Shown here one piece after another: positions 11,701 through 25,400 of a stretch of DNA of 64,000 nt; positions within the stretch are counted from its first letter, which is position 1; every line of letters starts with the position of its first letter. Source of the stretch: Bispira polyomma (Eukaryota); the NCBI GenBank assembly GCA_965649765.1, contig OZ287748.1, positions 34,782,001 through 34,846,000 on the forward strand, written 5' to 3'. The position numbers and the translations under genes are program-made. Below the pieces are notes generated by a model. The model saw only the letters and a program-made list of their open reading frames with translations. It searched no databases and was not told where the DNA came from.

Positions 11701-13429
11701 ACATTTTGGTTCATAATAACCAATGAGTTCTGATAACAATTAGGTCCTAGAGCATTAAAATGATATATAATCAATAAAATAAACAGATTCATTATATTTG
11801 AACCTGAGTCAGAGTTTTATTTCATGTCATGTTTTGTAACAATCGAATCTCAGGAAAAAGCCCATAAAGCTAAAATTCTCATCAATATTAAAGGCACTTT
11901 CTGATTAATTACTAGTACAGTAATATGTTCTTCTTCCTAAATTCTGTGCAGGAAATTTTTAATTGTAACCTAGCGTCCTTACAATAGAAAATTACCTTTA
12001 AAAAAAAAAAAAACCCTGGTCAAATGTTAAGTAAAGTAAAATTTAGTATGTGACAATGCATTTTAAACTGCCAGTCTATATTTTCATGCATAATAAATTC
12101 ATTAAATGTTACATTAATATACATTTCACGCACATAACAAAAAGAACCCGTCACATAAAACCGTTGAAATAGTGATTTTTTTAGTTGGATATTTTTCTAT
12201 CTGTTAATTTCAAATATGTCAATAGTTAATTTTGTTGATAACATTCCCCTTTCAAGGAACTAGTGTGTTTTCAGGCTAAACTAAGCTACTGAGACAGACA
12301 AAATCAGACAAAAACAACTGTTCCATACTAATTAGGCAAAAAGTATGAAATAAAAATTCTTCCAAAGCAGCTATAAATGTTTTATGTTACTGCATTAGCT
12401 CAAACTCTGCGGTGTGTATGGGATGCTAAACGATGGTTTTTCCAATGTAAAACATAGTTTGTTGAATAAATATGAAGTTGAAATCCATCTTTAAAATAGT
12501 TTACCAAGTATTCGTGCAGGCTAATGCCATTTGATTTGGTTACATCAGTTTTTTAATTCACTTGTCAACATAAACAAGAGTTGTCTTTAAAAAAAGAATG
12601 TGAAATACACTAACGTTGTTGAGATGGCCAATATATACCCAGGCAAATCTGACATCCCTTAGTTTGGATGGGTCGGTTGCTTCCAACCAATCCATAAAGG
12701 CCTTACATATTATTTTTAATAGGACGGCACCCTTTTCAGAATAAAAATATCAGGCCTTGTCTGATAAAAACAAGAGGGGCTAAATCAAAAGGACCTGTAA
12801 ATGGTCAACTGATAGAGCTTTTCTGATGACACTTTAGTCCTGTTTAAAGTTTGGAGTAATCAAGAAGCCCTGATGTAACCTTTATGCATAGGTGGACTGT
12901 TTCTTTAACCAATTGGGAATGTGGTTTAATCCCTTCCATATCCGTATTGGACCCTTTTGGCCTGAACCGTGCTGAATTTAATTAAACAGATTACAAAATT
13001 TAATTTGACTGAACTTGTTTTATTTCATGTAACATTTGTAATAGTACACAATATGAAAAATCCTGGCATCTTGAACAAATTGATAAATCAAGAGTTTTGA
13101 AATACCACAGATTAGATTCAGACCAGTTGCCTTGAATACAAGAGTAGTCAGAAATGTACACAGTCAGTAAAAGAGGTTGGGAATATATTTGTTTGTCAGT
13201 GTTCTGTGGAAAAATCCAATCTGCAAATATTTATACTTTATGTTAAAGCATGCAGTTAAACTAGGGGTGATAAAAACACCTTCACTTAAAAATAGCATGC
13301 CTTAGTTAAATTGTTCAGTTCATTTTGTACTTATAAAATACTAAAGTGTAAGTGGGCGCAGGATTAAAAATATGGAATACAATTACAATAACGTTAGCCC
13401 CAAACCCTAGTTTAATATCTTTATGATAT

Positions 13430-13920
13430 CAACTTATAGTATTCGTAATCATATTTATACTCAGTGCATATATCTACCTTCATCTGGTATTCAGAATGCT
13501 AATTAACCCTTTCCTTGCTGTAACAGTCAACTGCATCAGTTACGGTTAGAGAGAGACATTTAGCAAGTTTTAGTCGGCCAGTGGAGATACAACCCAGTGA
13601 CAGAGGATTACTATTTTAATGGTCATCCGAGCCACTACGTAAACCCAACCCCATTCTGATTTCTTCATGGTATCAACTAGTATTCGTAGATATCAATATT
13701 ATTCGTAATCATATTTTTTTACTCATTGCTTATATCTACCTTCATTTCATATTCAGAGAACTAATTAACACTTTCCTCAATGTAACAGTCAATTGCATCA
13801 GTTACTGTCATTCTCCTAACGTAAGAGAGAGGCTTTTAGTGATTTTTAGTCTGCCACTGGGGACAGGACCCAATGACGGGGGATCACGATTTTAAGTGGT
13901 CATCCGAGCCACTAGGCAAA
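13430..13920 (-). repeat. ~260-bp tandem duplication ending in a tRNA-like head on the minus strand
   Basis: tattcgtaatcatatt...tatctaccttcat...gtaacagtcaa.tgcatcagttac...tggtcatccgagccacta occurs twice. Confidence 0.7.
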
Positions 13921-13964
13921 TGCGTTTACACAACTTAGCCAAGGATGTTATCCCACCAATGAAA

Positions 13965-14032
13965 ATAGCGGAGTAGAACCATGTACCTTCTGCTCTTTAG
14001 ACAAACTCCCTAACCACTAGGCCATGGGGGAC
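13965..14032 (-). mobile_element. SINE head remnant
   Basis: Minus strand TGGCCTAGTGGTTAG A box and GGTTCTACTCC B-box-like motif. Confidence 0.5.
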
Positions 14033-16294
14033 CACCATAGTATAATAATTTGATTTACACAAAACTTAATTAAGAAGAACACTGATGATAATTACCAGTG
14101 CAGGTGTTGCTTATGACATTAAAGTCATGCATGGTAAAATTTTGGCTGAACTTGAATAATAGCACATATTCTCCTACAATGCTTTTTGTTTTAGGGCTTA
14201 AGTTATGATAAATATATGTTTTACCCTTTATCTGTATTATCTAATGGCATCGACTAATAGAAAAGCCAACGATGGTTTAACTATGTAAAATATTAGTAAA
14301 ATATTCAGTTTCAGAAAAAACTACATTTCTGTCTCAAAAATGAAGACTAATTCCTACGATTTACTGTCAAAAAAGTAGTATTATGACACCTTTGATGTAA
14401 GTATGCGTCATCATGTTAAGATATCCTTATAAGGAGCATGTTGTCCATTTTGGGCAAAATATGGGTTCTTTACTGCAGTGGCTTGATCAACTACTAAATT
14501 GGTTTTTCTGGGTGAGTGGGCAAAATTTGTATATATGTATGATACAGACATAATTGGACATATTAGCACCCAATTACCAACAAGATTCCGCCAATAGCAT
14601 GATAAATACACCAGTAATTGCTTCTGTAATAAGTCATATTTTGGTCATCAGGTACGAATGTTTTGCAAGGATATTGTTTAAACGCCCCCCTCCCCCCACC
14701 ATTACAAAATCCTGGATTCGTCTTTGCTACTTATCCTTTTTAGATCACACACAACTATGTCCTTTAGGTTTTCACTCCCCCACAGATATAATAAAAAAAT
14801 TACCATAAATCTCATTTGGAATTCTGGGCAAGCCAAAGCAAAGATTCATCATTAGCTACCTGGCAGGTTTAAATGCTCTTTTTGATGGTGTCTGCTTCCA
14901 AGATTTTTGTTAATGTGGGATTTAAGTCCTTAGTAACTTGCATAAGATTCACCATTAATGACAATAATTAATCCTTTCCTCTGGTAACACATGGTAATAA
15001 ACCTGTTGGCCTATTTTGTAGAACCCTTACATAATCGGTTATAATACGTCCTGTATGTATAACAAAAAAATCTAAAATCAATTTCTAAAAGAAATATTCA
15101 GGTAATTAAATATTCCCTAGTAAAAACCCAGAAAAATAGAAGTACTGCTAATGTCTTGCAAAACTTCATTAAATATAGTTTTTGCCTGTGAAACTAATGA
15201 TATAAAACCTATGTCTTGACTTTGAGTAGTGGTTTTATACATTTTTCCTTATCCAACAATGTCAGTGCAAATGATGGTTAATTGCTATTCCCTGAATGTG
15301 CGTCAAACCAATATGCTCGGAATGTCAACAATTTACACATAGTATTTATATTCATAGAATCTGTGAATGATTTACAGAACTATCACCAAGATAAACAAAG
15401 TAATAACTATCTTATATATGTTTGTTGTTCCCGAAAATCACCTCATAATGAACATAAACTCGTGGTAGTTGTGAATAGCTTTATATGATAACCAACCTCG
15501 GGAACACTCTCTTCTTAGGAATAACGACTCCAAACTGAACTCTTATGGAAAGTCACACTTGTTGATAATTTTAAACATCACAACTTTGTTATATGTTAAT
15601 TTTAAACAATTCCTCCAGCTTTGAATTCTCTGATCTAATGTGCACAGGTAAAGATTAATAAATGTTATTTGTGTTACACTAACTTAAAGTTAAAACACAC
15701 AAGTTTAACTATAAAATTCGCCAAAATTAACCTGTATCTGATAAGATAAACTTGTAATTGAAATTACCTTTTCTCATAACCCCTTAAAAGTCAAGGTTGT
15801 ATGTTGTTAGGGCCTCGGTAGTATAGAGGTTACCCTTATTCTAAGACAAAGGTTATTCTATAGGGGACCTAGTTTATGATAGTACACCAATTTTTGTAAG
15901 CTGTTTTGTTGTTGTTTGGTTTCGGATCAGATAAAAATAAAACAAAAATTGAGGACTTAAAGTTTATTAGTAGGACATTTAAACCTTATGAGGATTCCTG
16001 GTATTTAAATAGATGATGTTCAACTCACCAAAACCTACTAAACAGCTCTACTATTCACGTCTCCATAGCATGGTGCTACGACTACAATAGACATAAAATG
16101 TACAGGGCTGAGAAATTCAAAGCAGTCTCTGCAGTTAATGTCATCATTTTTACAACTGACCATATGCAACAACCAGTGTACTTGTCATCTATATTATCTC
16201 TCAGTAATTTTACAAGAGATTATCATCTCTCCACCTTTAACTCTTAATTAAAGGAACTAACGGCTTTAAGATCATTGCACTTGCCGGACCGTTT

Positions 16295-18055
16295 GCCATT
16301 ATCGGTACCGAAAGACTATTATATGTTGTTGCAAAAAATTCCAAACCTGTATCACCTTAGTTTTCTAAGATTCTATCATATTTTTTCTTTCAGTCATGAT
16401 TGCAATGTGTGCCACAGAGGATACCTGGACATCGATTGTGGTGCTATAGTAGTTTAAACATTAATATTCAGACAATGTCCAACCACAACTGTTTATGATA
16501 TAAGTACATATACAGCCCTTATTTATGTTGCAAACATTTGAACCAATTTACATGCGGAGAAAATACATATAATCTGTACCAAAATGGACCCCAGGAAGCA
16601 TATTTTTTTCATAAACAATATTTATCTTTGAAAAGCTTGATCCTTAAAGTCAGACTTTCACTTTAATAAAAAAATGTATAGAAGTAATAACAAAGCGCAA
16701 GTGTATTATTGATAGTTGCCATTTGGGCTAAATAGGCCAAATGGAGAAGAATAATTTTTGTCACCTTAAAGTGGCACATTTGAAAGGTCATCTTAAATTA
16801 TGGATCCTTTGTAGTACATACATCTACGAAGTATAAATGCAATCCATCATTATTTTTCAGTTATTGTGCTGGCAAGTCAATTTCTACGGTGATGGATGCA
16901 GTTCAACTAGGGTAAATGTGATATATCCCTGAGTTTCATCTGGGGACTTTTATCTTGAGTTTTAATAATTGAACCACTTACCAAATTGCATTGAAAACAC
17001 CATACTTGATTGTGCCATTGCTTGCCATTTTAACACATGTATATACAAAACACCGGAATCAAGTGTAAGTGTACTTAAAAACATCTTTGTAACAGCATTA
17101 GAAATTATCTTCTTAATAAACATTCTCAGTCAGAGCTTTTTTTCCGAAACCACTTTTTCTTGAGCAATCTGGCAGGTGTCAGAGAACCAATATTTGTTTT
17201 TGTAAATCAAACAGCAGTATTTCCCTGTGGGTAAATTGCCAACCATTACTATAGATTACTCTGCATTCCTCTTTTGATTTATTTACATCAGGATGAAAAA
17301 TCACCCATCTATAAACTGGCAATGTCTTGTATGTGTTCCAATTGAAACAAGAAATGGTAGAACAACTGCAGATGAAAAGATTTTAAGAAACTACCTCACC
17401 TGGTAAGCTCCTGGGTTTTATTGAATTTCAGTTTTGATTTTTTTTTTATCTAAATCAATGTCTTGTACACCCCTTATATCTCTGAAATCCGGATGTAAAA
17501 TGATACATCTTGTGTTAAAGTATTATTTTGATTAGAATTAGTATATACTATAAATATATATCAGTAACAAAGCTATTGTTATTGCTTAAGATTATACTAT
17601 TAGTTAGTTATTATACCATGTAAGAGGCAAATGTTACAACAAATGCATTATTTGTTTATTAATAACCAGTCGCAAACTCAATCTCTAAAAAGAAGAGAAA
17701 GAGTGAGTCTAACATTGAGTATGTTATTTTTGGGTAAGTTTCCTGCCTAAGTGTGGAATCTATTTCATAGAAACCAAAGACATGTAATTAGTTTAATGTT
17801 TCAGCTGAAATAGCAGCCAAAATAAAACTGCATTGGAAATTTGAACTCCAATGACTAAACAGTACCGAATAAAATGTTTTAATTATCGTACCATTTGACC
17901 TTAACCACAGTAATTTACAGGCTAGGTTTGTCGATGGTACATAATTATACATTGTCATTCCCCTGGCAACCAAGCTCTGTGCATCCTTTGTTTGTTGGAG
18001 GGATACAACCTCCTAGGGTCAGCCCAGCCAATTCAATAAGTCGCCTCTAGAATTT
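16295..18055. repeat. Diverged dispersed duplication, copy 2 (lacks the SINE present in copy 1)
   Basis: Colinear with 1195-2890; empty SINE site near 17100-17120. Confidence 0.85.
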
Positions 18056-19164
18056 GAGCTATCTATTACAGAATATGACCTCTTTGTTTTTAAAGGGGTA
18101 AGCTTTATAAAATTAACGTATGCACACTACGTCATGTATGTTATCCATATGAAGGTCTTATTATTTTGATTTGTGGCTTGGTCTTGTTTCAAGTGATATG
18201 TTGTATGCAGAGCTTGTAAATAAAAAAAAATGTCAAATTTAGTCAATACAAACATTGTTGTTGGGTAGTGGCCCGTTTTTCTGTCCACCACAACAACTAC
18301 TGAACAATGTTGCGCCGGAGAATCCGCTATTACTGAGAGTAAGCTTCATTACGGAATTGAGTAGATTAGATTGTACATACATACAAATCAATTCTAAATA
18401 TTTTACTGTGTTACAATCCTATCACCTTGTGAACTTCATTTTGTCTATCCTAGCCCTTCATTTATGTAAATTGACATATCATACTGATATATCAGTGCCA
18501 ATAAAATTAATATTCTAAGGAATCTTTAAAACAAGTGCATTCGTTTATTAATAATTGTATTCTTGGAAGGGTATACATTCATTTTATTGTATAGTTTTTG
18601 TGGTTGCCATATCAGAAATATTACTTGTAATAATGTATAACATCAAAGGGTCATTCATTTAATAACCTAAATATAAACACCTAGATATTAGTAACCTAAT
18701 GTGACCTTGGAATTGGATGATAACACAGTTGGGTGTGTTGAGTTAGCAACACGTTTCAGTTGAAACAAAAAATTAAAGAACTTTGTCCTCAGTTAGTACA
18801 GAATGGGCAAAAGAGCCTTGAACTTGAAAGTTCTAGGTTTTAGGAAATAGTTGTTAAAAATACATTTGAGTTGTTCAAGTAGACGTTTACAGCTCTAGCA
18901 CATGGGTGAATACTGGCTCAAAATGTTGGGGTGGGGTTTGGCTGTGCAAATACTAGTCAGTGTGAAGGTAGCAATAGCCGAGGAAACAGTTCTTTTTCTG
19001 CAACAAGGCGCGGCTTGTCGGGCTTGAAAAAAGCTCTGTTATTGTGGAATATCAGACTAAATTCAGAGGAAGATTGTAAGTTTGCTACTGCCTTGTGCAA
19101 CTGATATTCAATTTGACAAGCCGGGTTTTTTTTGCGGGAGAGAGGACTTCTCTTATTTTCCAGT

Positions 19165-20270
19165 ATGAGTACATTTCACTGTACAGCGTGTGAAAAGTTG
19201 GGGAAAGAACCACTACACGTGCGTCCTGTGGGAAGGAATTGCAGGAGAAATGAGACAACTGAGCGAGATGAAGTAGAGGAGAAGTCACAGAAGCTGAAGG
19301 CGCTACTGGGGGACCCAATCTACAGATGGCCACGTCTGCGACCACAGGGGCTGATCCATTGACTTTGATTTTACAAAAAATTGCTGCTCTTGAGGAGCAC
19401 AATAAACGTCTGGAGACAAAAAATAGATAGGCGTGAATGAACATTCTCTCAGTGCTGTCTCGCACAGCTCACCCAAGCGTGGCCATGGCTCCAAAAGATT
19501 CCACGTGTCTACCAGAAAGGGGGCTACTATTCACGAGAATTCATCAGATGAAGAGGGTGACAGTGTCATGCCAGAGCCACAGTTTCTAAAGAACAACGAG
19601 GAGATCCAGAAGCAAGTACAGCTACAGATCAAGAACTTACATGGTTGTGAACGGGACTCAGGTACGAACAAAACAGGTTTATTACGTGTTAATGAGCAAA
19701 AAAATAAGGCCCACGTGGCTTGGCCCCATGAGTTTTGTTATACTGGTATGAGTGGGAGAACTCCCAAGTACGAAGAGCTTACCCCCTTCCAATTTATGTT
19801 TGGGTTCATTGGTTGTGTTCAGGAAGAAACCAGTAAAAAGGTCAAGGACAATATGCTAGAGTATTTAAAACTGCTAATGCAGGATGCCATGGAGACCAAC
19901 TGGGGTACAGTTAAACGAGCTCATAGCATACTTCTCCAAACCATGGAGCGTGGCAAGTGTACTTGGCTAAATTTTGAGACAATTGATCGAATTCGCATGC
20001 GAAATACGCAACGCACGTTGCAAAGCAACGGAAATCAGCAGTGGGGTAAATATTCTGCGGGGCAAGGGAAAAAGGAAGTCATTTGTCTGAAGTAATAACA
20101 CTTGCAGCTCTCATGTTGATCACGCAGAGGGGGAAAAAATAGTGAAACATGCTTGCTTGTATTGTTTTAAACACAACAAAAAGGTTTCTGCCCCACAAAC
20201 AATGTGAATGTAATAGAATGTCAAAAAACGGGGAGAAAAAAGATCTTCCAAGTCCACCTCGGTTAACTCG
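19165..20270 (+). pseudogene. gag: E2 gag-like ORF1, disrupted
   Basis: MSTFHCTACEK..HVRPVGRNC, coiled coil, HVAWPHEFCY..YEELTPFQF, C-terminal Cys/His knuckle; aligns to 56437-57435; frameshifts and stops. Confidence 0.85.
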
Positions 20271-21499
20271 GCTATTAGTAATGATATGTATGATGGCCAA
20301 CATTTTAGTTTAAAATATCCAACAATTGATAACATTGTAGAAAAAATTGCAGAACTAAGTCCTCAGGCGCATCTCTTTAAAACTGACATGAGTAGGGCAT
20401 TTAGAAATTTGCGATTAGACCCGGGTGACTATGACGTCATGGGCATAAAGCATCAAGATAAAACCTATGTTGATTTAAGCATTGCGTTCAGGTTAAAAAC
20501 CAGAAGTGTCTTATGCCAGCGCGTAACGGATGTATTGCGTGACGCTGTGACGTCACAGGGTTTTTGTGTAATGAACTATATCGACGATGTAATCGGTATT
20601 GTGACATCACAAGACGCACAGAAAGCTTACAAAAAATTGCAGGATTTGTTCACCTACCTGGGTCTTCCTATTAACCCGGATAAGTTGGACCCTCCCTCCA
20701 CGCAGCTTGTGTGCATGGGTATTCATGTTGACGTGGTCACAGGTATTATTTCCATTCCAAGTGATAAACTACAGGAAATTAAACAGGTCTGTCACGATTG
20801 GAAAACTAAAACTAGGGCCTCAAAAAGGGAATTACAAAGTCTATTGGGCAGGTTGCTTTATCTTTATAAATGCATACATCCGGCCAGGTTGTTTGTAAAC
20901 CGAATGTTGCAGTTGTTGAGGGGAATTAAGGGCCCTGGCAGAATTCAATTGACACAGTCCTTCTTTAGGGACCTCAGATGGTTCAATAGTTTCATACAAG
21001 ATTACAATGGCAAAGTGGTCATAAATGCAGTAAAGCCACAGCTGGAAGTATATGTCGATGCTTCTCTGACAGTTATCGGAGCTAAATGGCAAAATAATGT
21101 ATATGCGGCTGCTTACCCACCGGAAGCATCTGGGGAACTTACTATAGTCCATTTTGAGATACTAAATGTATGGGTAGCTTTGAGAATTTGGGCTAAGCTG
21201 TGGGTCAACAAGAAGGTACGCATATGGTGCGACAACATGGCAGTGGTACATGCGCTTAATTCGGGTTGTATGTGGGATGATTTTCTTATGGCCTGTGCTA
21301 GGACCATCTGGGGTCTGGCTGCGAAGTATGACATAACTCTAGAATACAGGCATATTTATGGTCAAGAAAATAGTCATGCAGATGCCCTTTCTAGGTGGTT
21401 TCTGGAAAAGTAGTTCATAAAGAAATAATTCAGGAGTTGCAACAGTGCACTTGGTGGCCTGTAGAGCATAGTACATTTTTGCCAGATTTTACTATTTAA
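20259..21499 (+). pseudogene. pol: E2 reverse transcriptase/RNase H, N-terminally deleted
   Basis: KTDMSRAFR, NYIDD, YVDAS, HFEILN, WCDN, NSHADALSR (ORF 20286-21413); about 1.3 kb present in E4 upstream of SVNSAI is missing. Confidence 0.92.
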
Positions 21500-21507
21500 A
21501 ATTGTAG

Positions 21508-22475
21508 GTACTAAGATGGGTAATCAGCTACTGCGAGGGGCAGATGCAAGAATAGATTGTGCCTTAAGACCACGTACAGCCAGTGCTTATAAAGGCAAAT
21601 TTCATTTGTTTCTTGCTTTCATAATATATTTTCGGGTGTCCTATAGATCCCTCCATGCCTTGCTAATGTTCCTAGAGTATTTGGTGCTACAGGGTAATGC
21701 AGCGCAGGGGTTGCAGAATAATGTCTCGGCTATCAAGCATTTCTTTGGTTTGTATGGGTTGTCAACCACACACTTCGCTCACAGGAAAATTGGGTTATTT
21801 ATTAAATCGGTGGCTATCAATTCACCTAATGCACCAAAAATCAAAGAGTTTTTAGTATACAGGACATTGAGAATATATCATTGGCCTGTAGGGATCTTAA
21901 CAATGGAGTGGTGTATAGAGCTATCTTTTTGGTAGCATATTATGGATTTTTCAGATTGTCCAATATGGTTCCAAACTCACTGTATTCGTTTGACATGACT
22001 AGACACTTTACTGTAAATGATGTCATATTTGCAGCTCCAGGGGCTCATTTGGTGGTCAAATGGCAAAAAACCATGCAGGGTTCAAACAAAGTCCAGATAG
22101 TGCAAATTCCCAAATTAGAACACTCAGCATTGTGTCCTGTTCGTGAAATCAAAACATTGATTAATGTTTTTCAAATTACAGGTAATTCTCCCTTGTTTGT
22201 AATACTAAAAGGCAAAACACTGGTACCTCTTACTGCATACAAAGTTAGAAAAGCTCTGGCTGTCATATTGAATAAATTGCAGATTGAATATACAAATTAT
22301 GGGTTTCATGCCGACAAGGCGTTCGGGCGCTTCTTTTGTGTTTAATAAAAATTTGCAGTTGCAGAGTATTCAGGCCCATGGGGGGGTGGAAGAGTCAGGC
22401 AATTTGGCACTATCTGGAAACTACACCCAAAGCGGCGGCCTCAGTTGCCTGCGTTTTCAAAAAACTACAACGTAA
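21508..22475 (+). pseudogene. E2 tyrosine recombinase, frameshifted
   Basis: ORFs 21516-21935, 21881-22345 and 22284-22475 join into LRPRT...FFRLSN...GFH..RRSGAS...HGG. Confidence 0.9.
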
Positions 22476-23039
22476 TTGGGTTTGGGAACTTGTTGTATAT
22501 AGCTAACAGACTAACCTGGTAGTTTTAACCATCTTAGTGATTGTTATTAATATGTAATGATGTATTAATAAAAATGCCCCAATGTGTTATTCATCTTGTT
22601 GTCATTATTTTATGATCTAAACCTCATGATAGAACTTGATTAGGCATTGGCAGAACAGAGCTTCTGCATTTTAGATTTTGGCTTGTAGACTCAAGATATA
22701 GACATTGAGAATATTAGTTTATTCTGCATCGTAATTCTAGTTTTTACACACCCTGAGAGACTAAGGTCATCAAGCTTAAATGAGGTCGAAAAGTGATCCT
22801 TTAAATTGAGTTTAAGTTGATGAAAGTGTAAGGTAAGATATTAAGGTTATCTTAACTTAAGATGCCAGATGAAATTGGTTTGAGGCCATCTTAATTTAAG
22901 ATGGTTGTTTAAGTTAGGGTAACCTTAATGAGTTTAGGTTTTATTTGAGTTTAAGTTTAAATATTATAGGTGACCTTAGTCTGAATATACAATTTTAAGA
23001 ATACGATTAATTAAAAGAGAGCACTAAAACCCAAATTAA

Positions 23040-23968
23040 TGAGTGTGAGTGGACAGTAGGTTATTAAAAGCTATGGCAACTTAGTCAGAAGCATGATGGT
23101 CTTTTGTAATATACTTCCATACACATTTGGATGTCCATGTGCCATGGGTTTGAATTTCCTAAAGTGGGACATGCATATTAAAGGCCAAGGTTGCCCCAGA
23201 CCGCCTAAAGTCATGGAATGTGATAAGAGAATCTGTTTGATTCAATCTTGCGAGTATTTGCTTTAGCTTATACCTTATCTTTGAGTCTGTCGGGGGGGGG
23301 GGGGGGGGGGGGGAGCAACCTGGTACAGTTTTCAATTGAAATAAGGGGGAATTCTTGTGGCCAGGTGACAGGGCCAGTATATTCTTGATTGCTACCACTG
23401 GACAATAAACTGAGTTCTGAATACGAGGGACCTTAATAACCCTTATTGAGTTTCTGTCTTGCAGTGTCTTAGACCATTCTATTATTATTTGCAGGCCAGT
23501 AGGAGAAAAAAAGCACATCCACCCTGGCAGCTATTGTAGTGGGTTAATTGAGTTGAGTGTATGGGGAACTAGGTTTGATATTCTTTAGGACGAAAAGAAG
23601 GCTAAGGGGTAAGCAGCCTGAAAAATTTGGTCCATAAACATTGTGTCGAAAGTTTGGACTATTTAGGTAAGCAATGAGATGTCAATAACCTTGTTAATTC
23701 TGGCTCTGAAGGGTTTTTAGAGCTTTTCGAAAGTACTTAATACGTGGGTCTGCGAATGCAGATACATTAATACCATGTAAACTGAGCTTAGCTTTTATAG
23801 CTGCCAGGTATTTGGCAATTAAGGGCTGAGAAACCTTGCTAGCTACAAATTCCTGGAGAAAGGAAAGTAGCAGAATAGGAGAAATATGTGTAATATTTGC
23901 ATGCTTTGATAAGCTTGCTGAGTAGCTGGCCTAATTAGCTGGTAATTGCAACACCAGCGGATAGAGAT
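23040..23968 (-). pseudogene. E3 tyrosine recombinase, fragmented
   Basis: WSKTLQ..CPV..FHDFRRSGATLAF, then HGTWTSKCVWKY; interrupted by a poly-G run at ~23292-23313. Confidence 0.85.
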
Positions 23969-23984
23969 CTGAAAAAAATAAGAT

Positions 23985-25400
23985 ACTCCACTCAATGGTT
24001 AGTAGTTGATCCGAAACTGCAACCAACTGGGGTTCAGATATTAGTTATCATAGCTTGTCGTCTGGTTTTATGCCATTTAGATAACAGGTCAGCTATGACA
24101 GCTATTTTATCTAAGATGTGAACAGGCCTTAAGCTTTTGTCCGATTCTGCTACTTGTACGAAAATATTGCGCCCAATGGCTGCTAAAGTTACGTCTTTGG
24201 TTTTACCAGAGTTCAAGATGGTTTCTACCGCTTGATTGTCACAATGCACTACCAGTTTTTTGCCTGGCCATGTATTTTTCCAAAGCCGAAGCGCTACCAG
24301 AATATTGAGCATTTGTAAATGAGCGATATTCATTCTTAGGTAATTAAGGGAAAGCATTTTTGTGTATACTCTATTGTTGCAATCTAACCCCTAAGCCTGT
24401 TAAGTAAGCATTTAGCTCCATTTGATCTGTGACCGGGCTGCGGTCAAAAAATGCTTTGCCATTTAATTTTTCAGTAAATTTTGTAAACCAGTTAAGGTCT
24501 TGAAAAAATGGAAGTTCCAGGACTTCGCTCTTTGCATCTGGGGCGTTGTGCAAGACATCAAGCCTTCTGTTAGAAAAAATTCTCGCTATGCGGACACACT
24601 ATGAAATGTAGAGCATTAAACCAAGCAATGACTGGAGCTCCCGTTTTTGAACATTTCTTTTTGCCTACCCAGTAGTTATGATGTCGTCGATATAATTTAT
24701 GATGTCATAGCCTTTGACGCTCATGACGTAACGCATTGCGTCACTTAAGCACTAAAATATACTACTTCCGTGTCTATAGCCAAACGGCAGGCTCGTATCC
24801 ACATAGTAGTTATCTAGCCTAAGACCTAGCAAGTCATAGTCTTTTGGATCTAATTTCAAGTGACGGAAGGTGCAACTTATGTCCAACTTGTAAATGAGTG
24901 AATTTTTTCCTAATTTTACTATCTTGTTAGTTACATCATCAATGGTAGGCAGTATCAACAGGAAATCGTTACCTAGATACTGGTTTTGACGTATGGCAGC
25001 ATTTACTGACTGCCTCTGTGAGAAACTCAAGTCTATTATAACCTTTCTTTGGGGTGCGCCTGGCTTTTCCCTAGCCATGATGGGTGAAATGTGTAGCCCT
25101 TTTATGGGTGGTTTACTAAAGTGGCCCAGAATCGCCCCATGATCTTTTTCTTCATTAAAGTACGCCTTGACTTTATGCTTTAATTCAGATTTCCTATCAA
25201 AATCTAATGGAAAATTATAACGGATGAGATAGGGCAACTGGGTATCCCAATATTCAAGCAATAACTTTTCCATCGCTCAAGTTTTAATTGTGACCGCACT
25301 ACCAGTTGTCTACCCAGAAAATTGTGTTTTTCACTCTTTTTTATCTCCGAATGTAACTAGAGCTCGAAGACCTAGATTCTTTAATGGCCCCAGGGGAATA
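23985..25400 (-). pseudogene. pol: E3 reverse transcriptase/RNase H, fragmented
   Basis: RT motifs in ORF 24752-25273, NYIDDII near 24680-24700, RNase H fragments 24034-24553. Confidence 0.87.

Larger units (their letters stand above)
18730..22691 (+). mobile_element. E2: Ngaro/PAT-type YR retrotransposon, A-gag-pol(deleted)-YR-B, decayed
   Basis: Left end aligns to the E4 A repeat (gcaacacgtttcagttgaaac vs gcaccacagttcagtagaaac); right end ggcttgtagact matches the E4 B end ggctgtagactg; ORFs homologous to E4; no TSD seen. Confidence 0.92.

Noticed and set aside
16760-16950. Helentron/HINE-like fragments (also ~1560-1730, ~4240-4300, ~52540-52730)
   Set aside because: Resemblance is from memory only; termini could not be defined.
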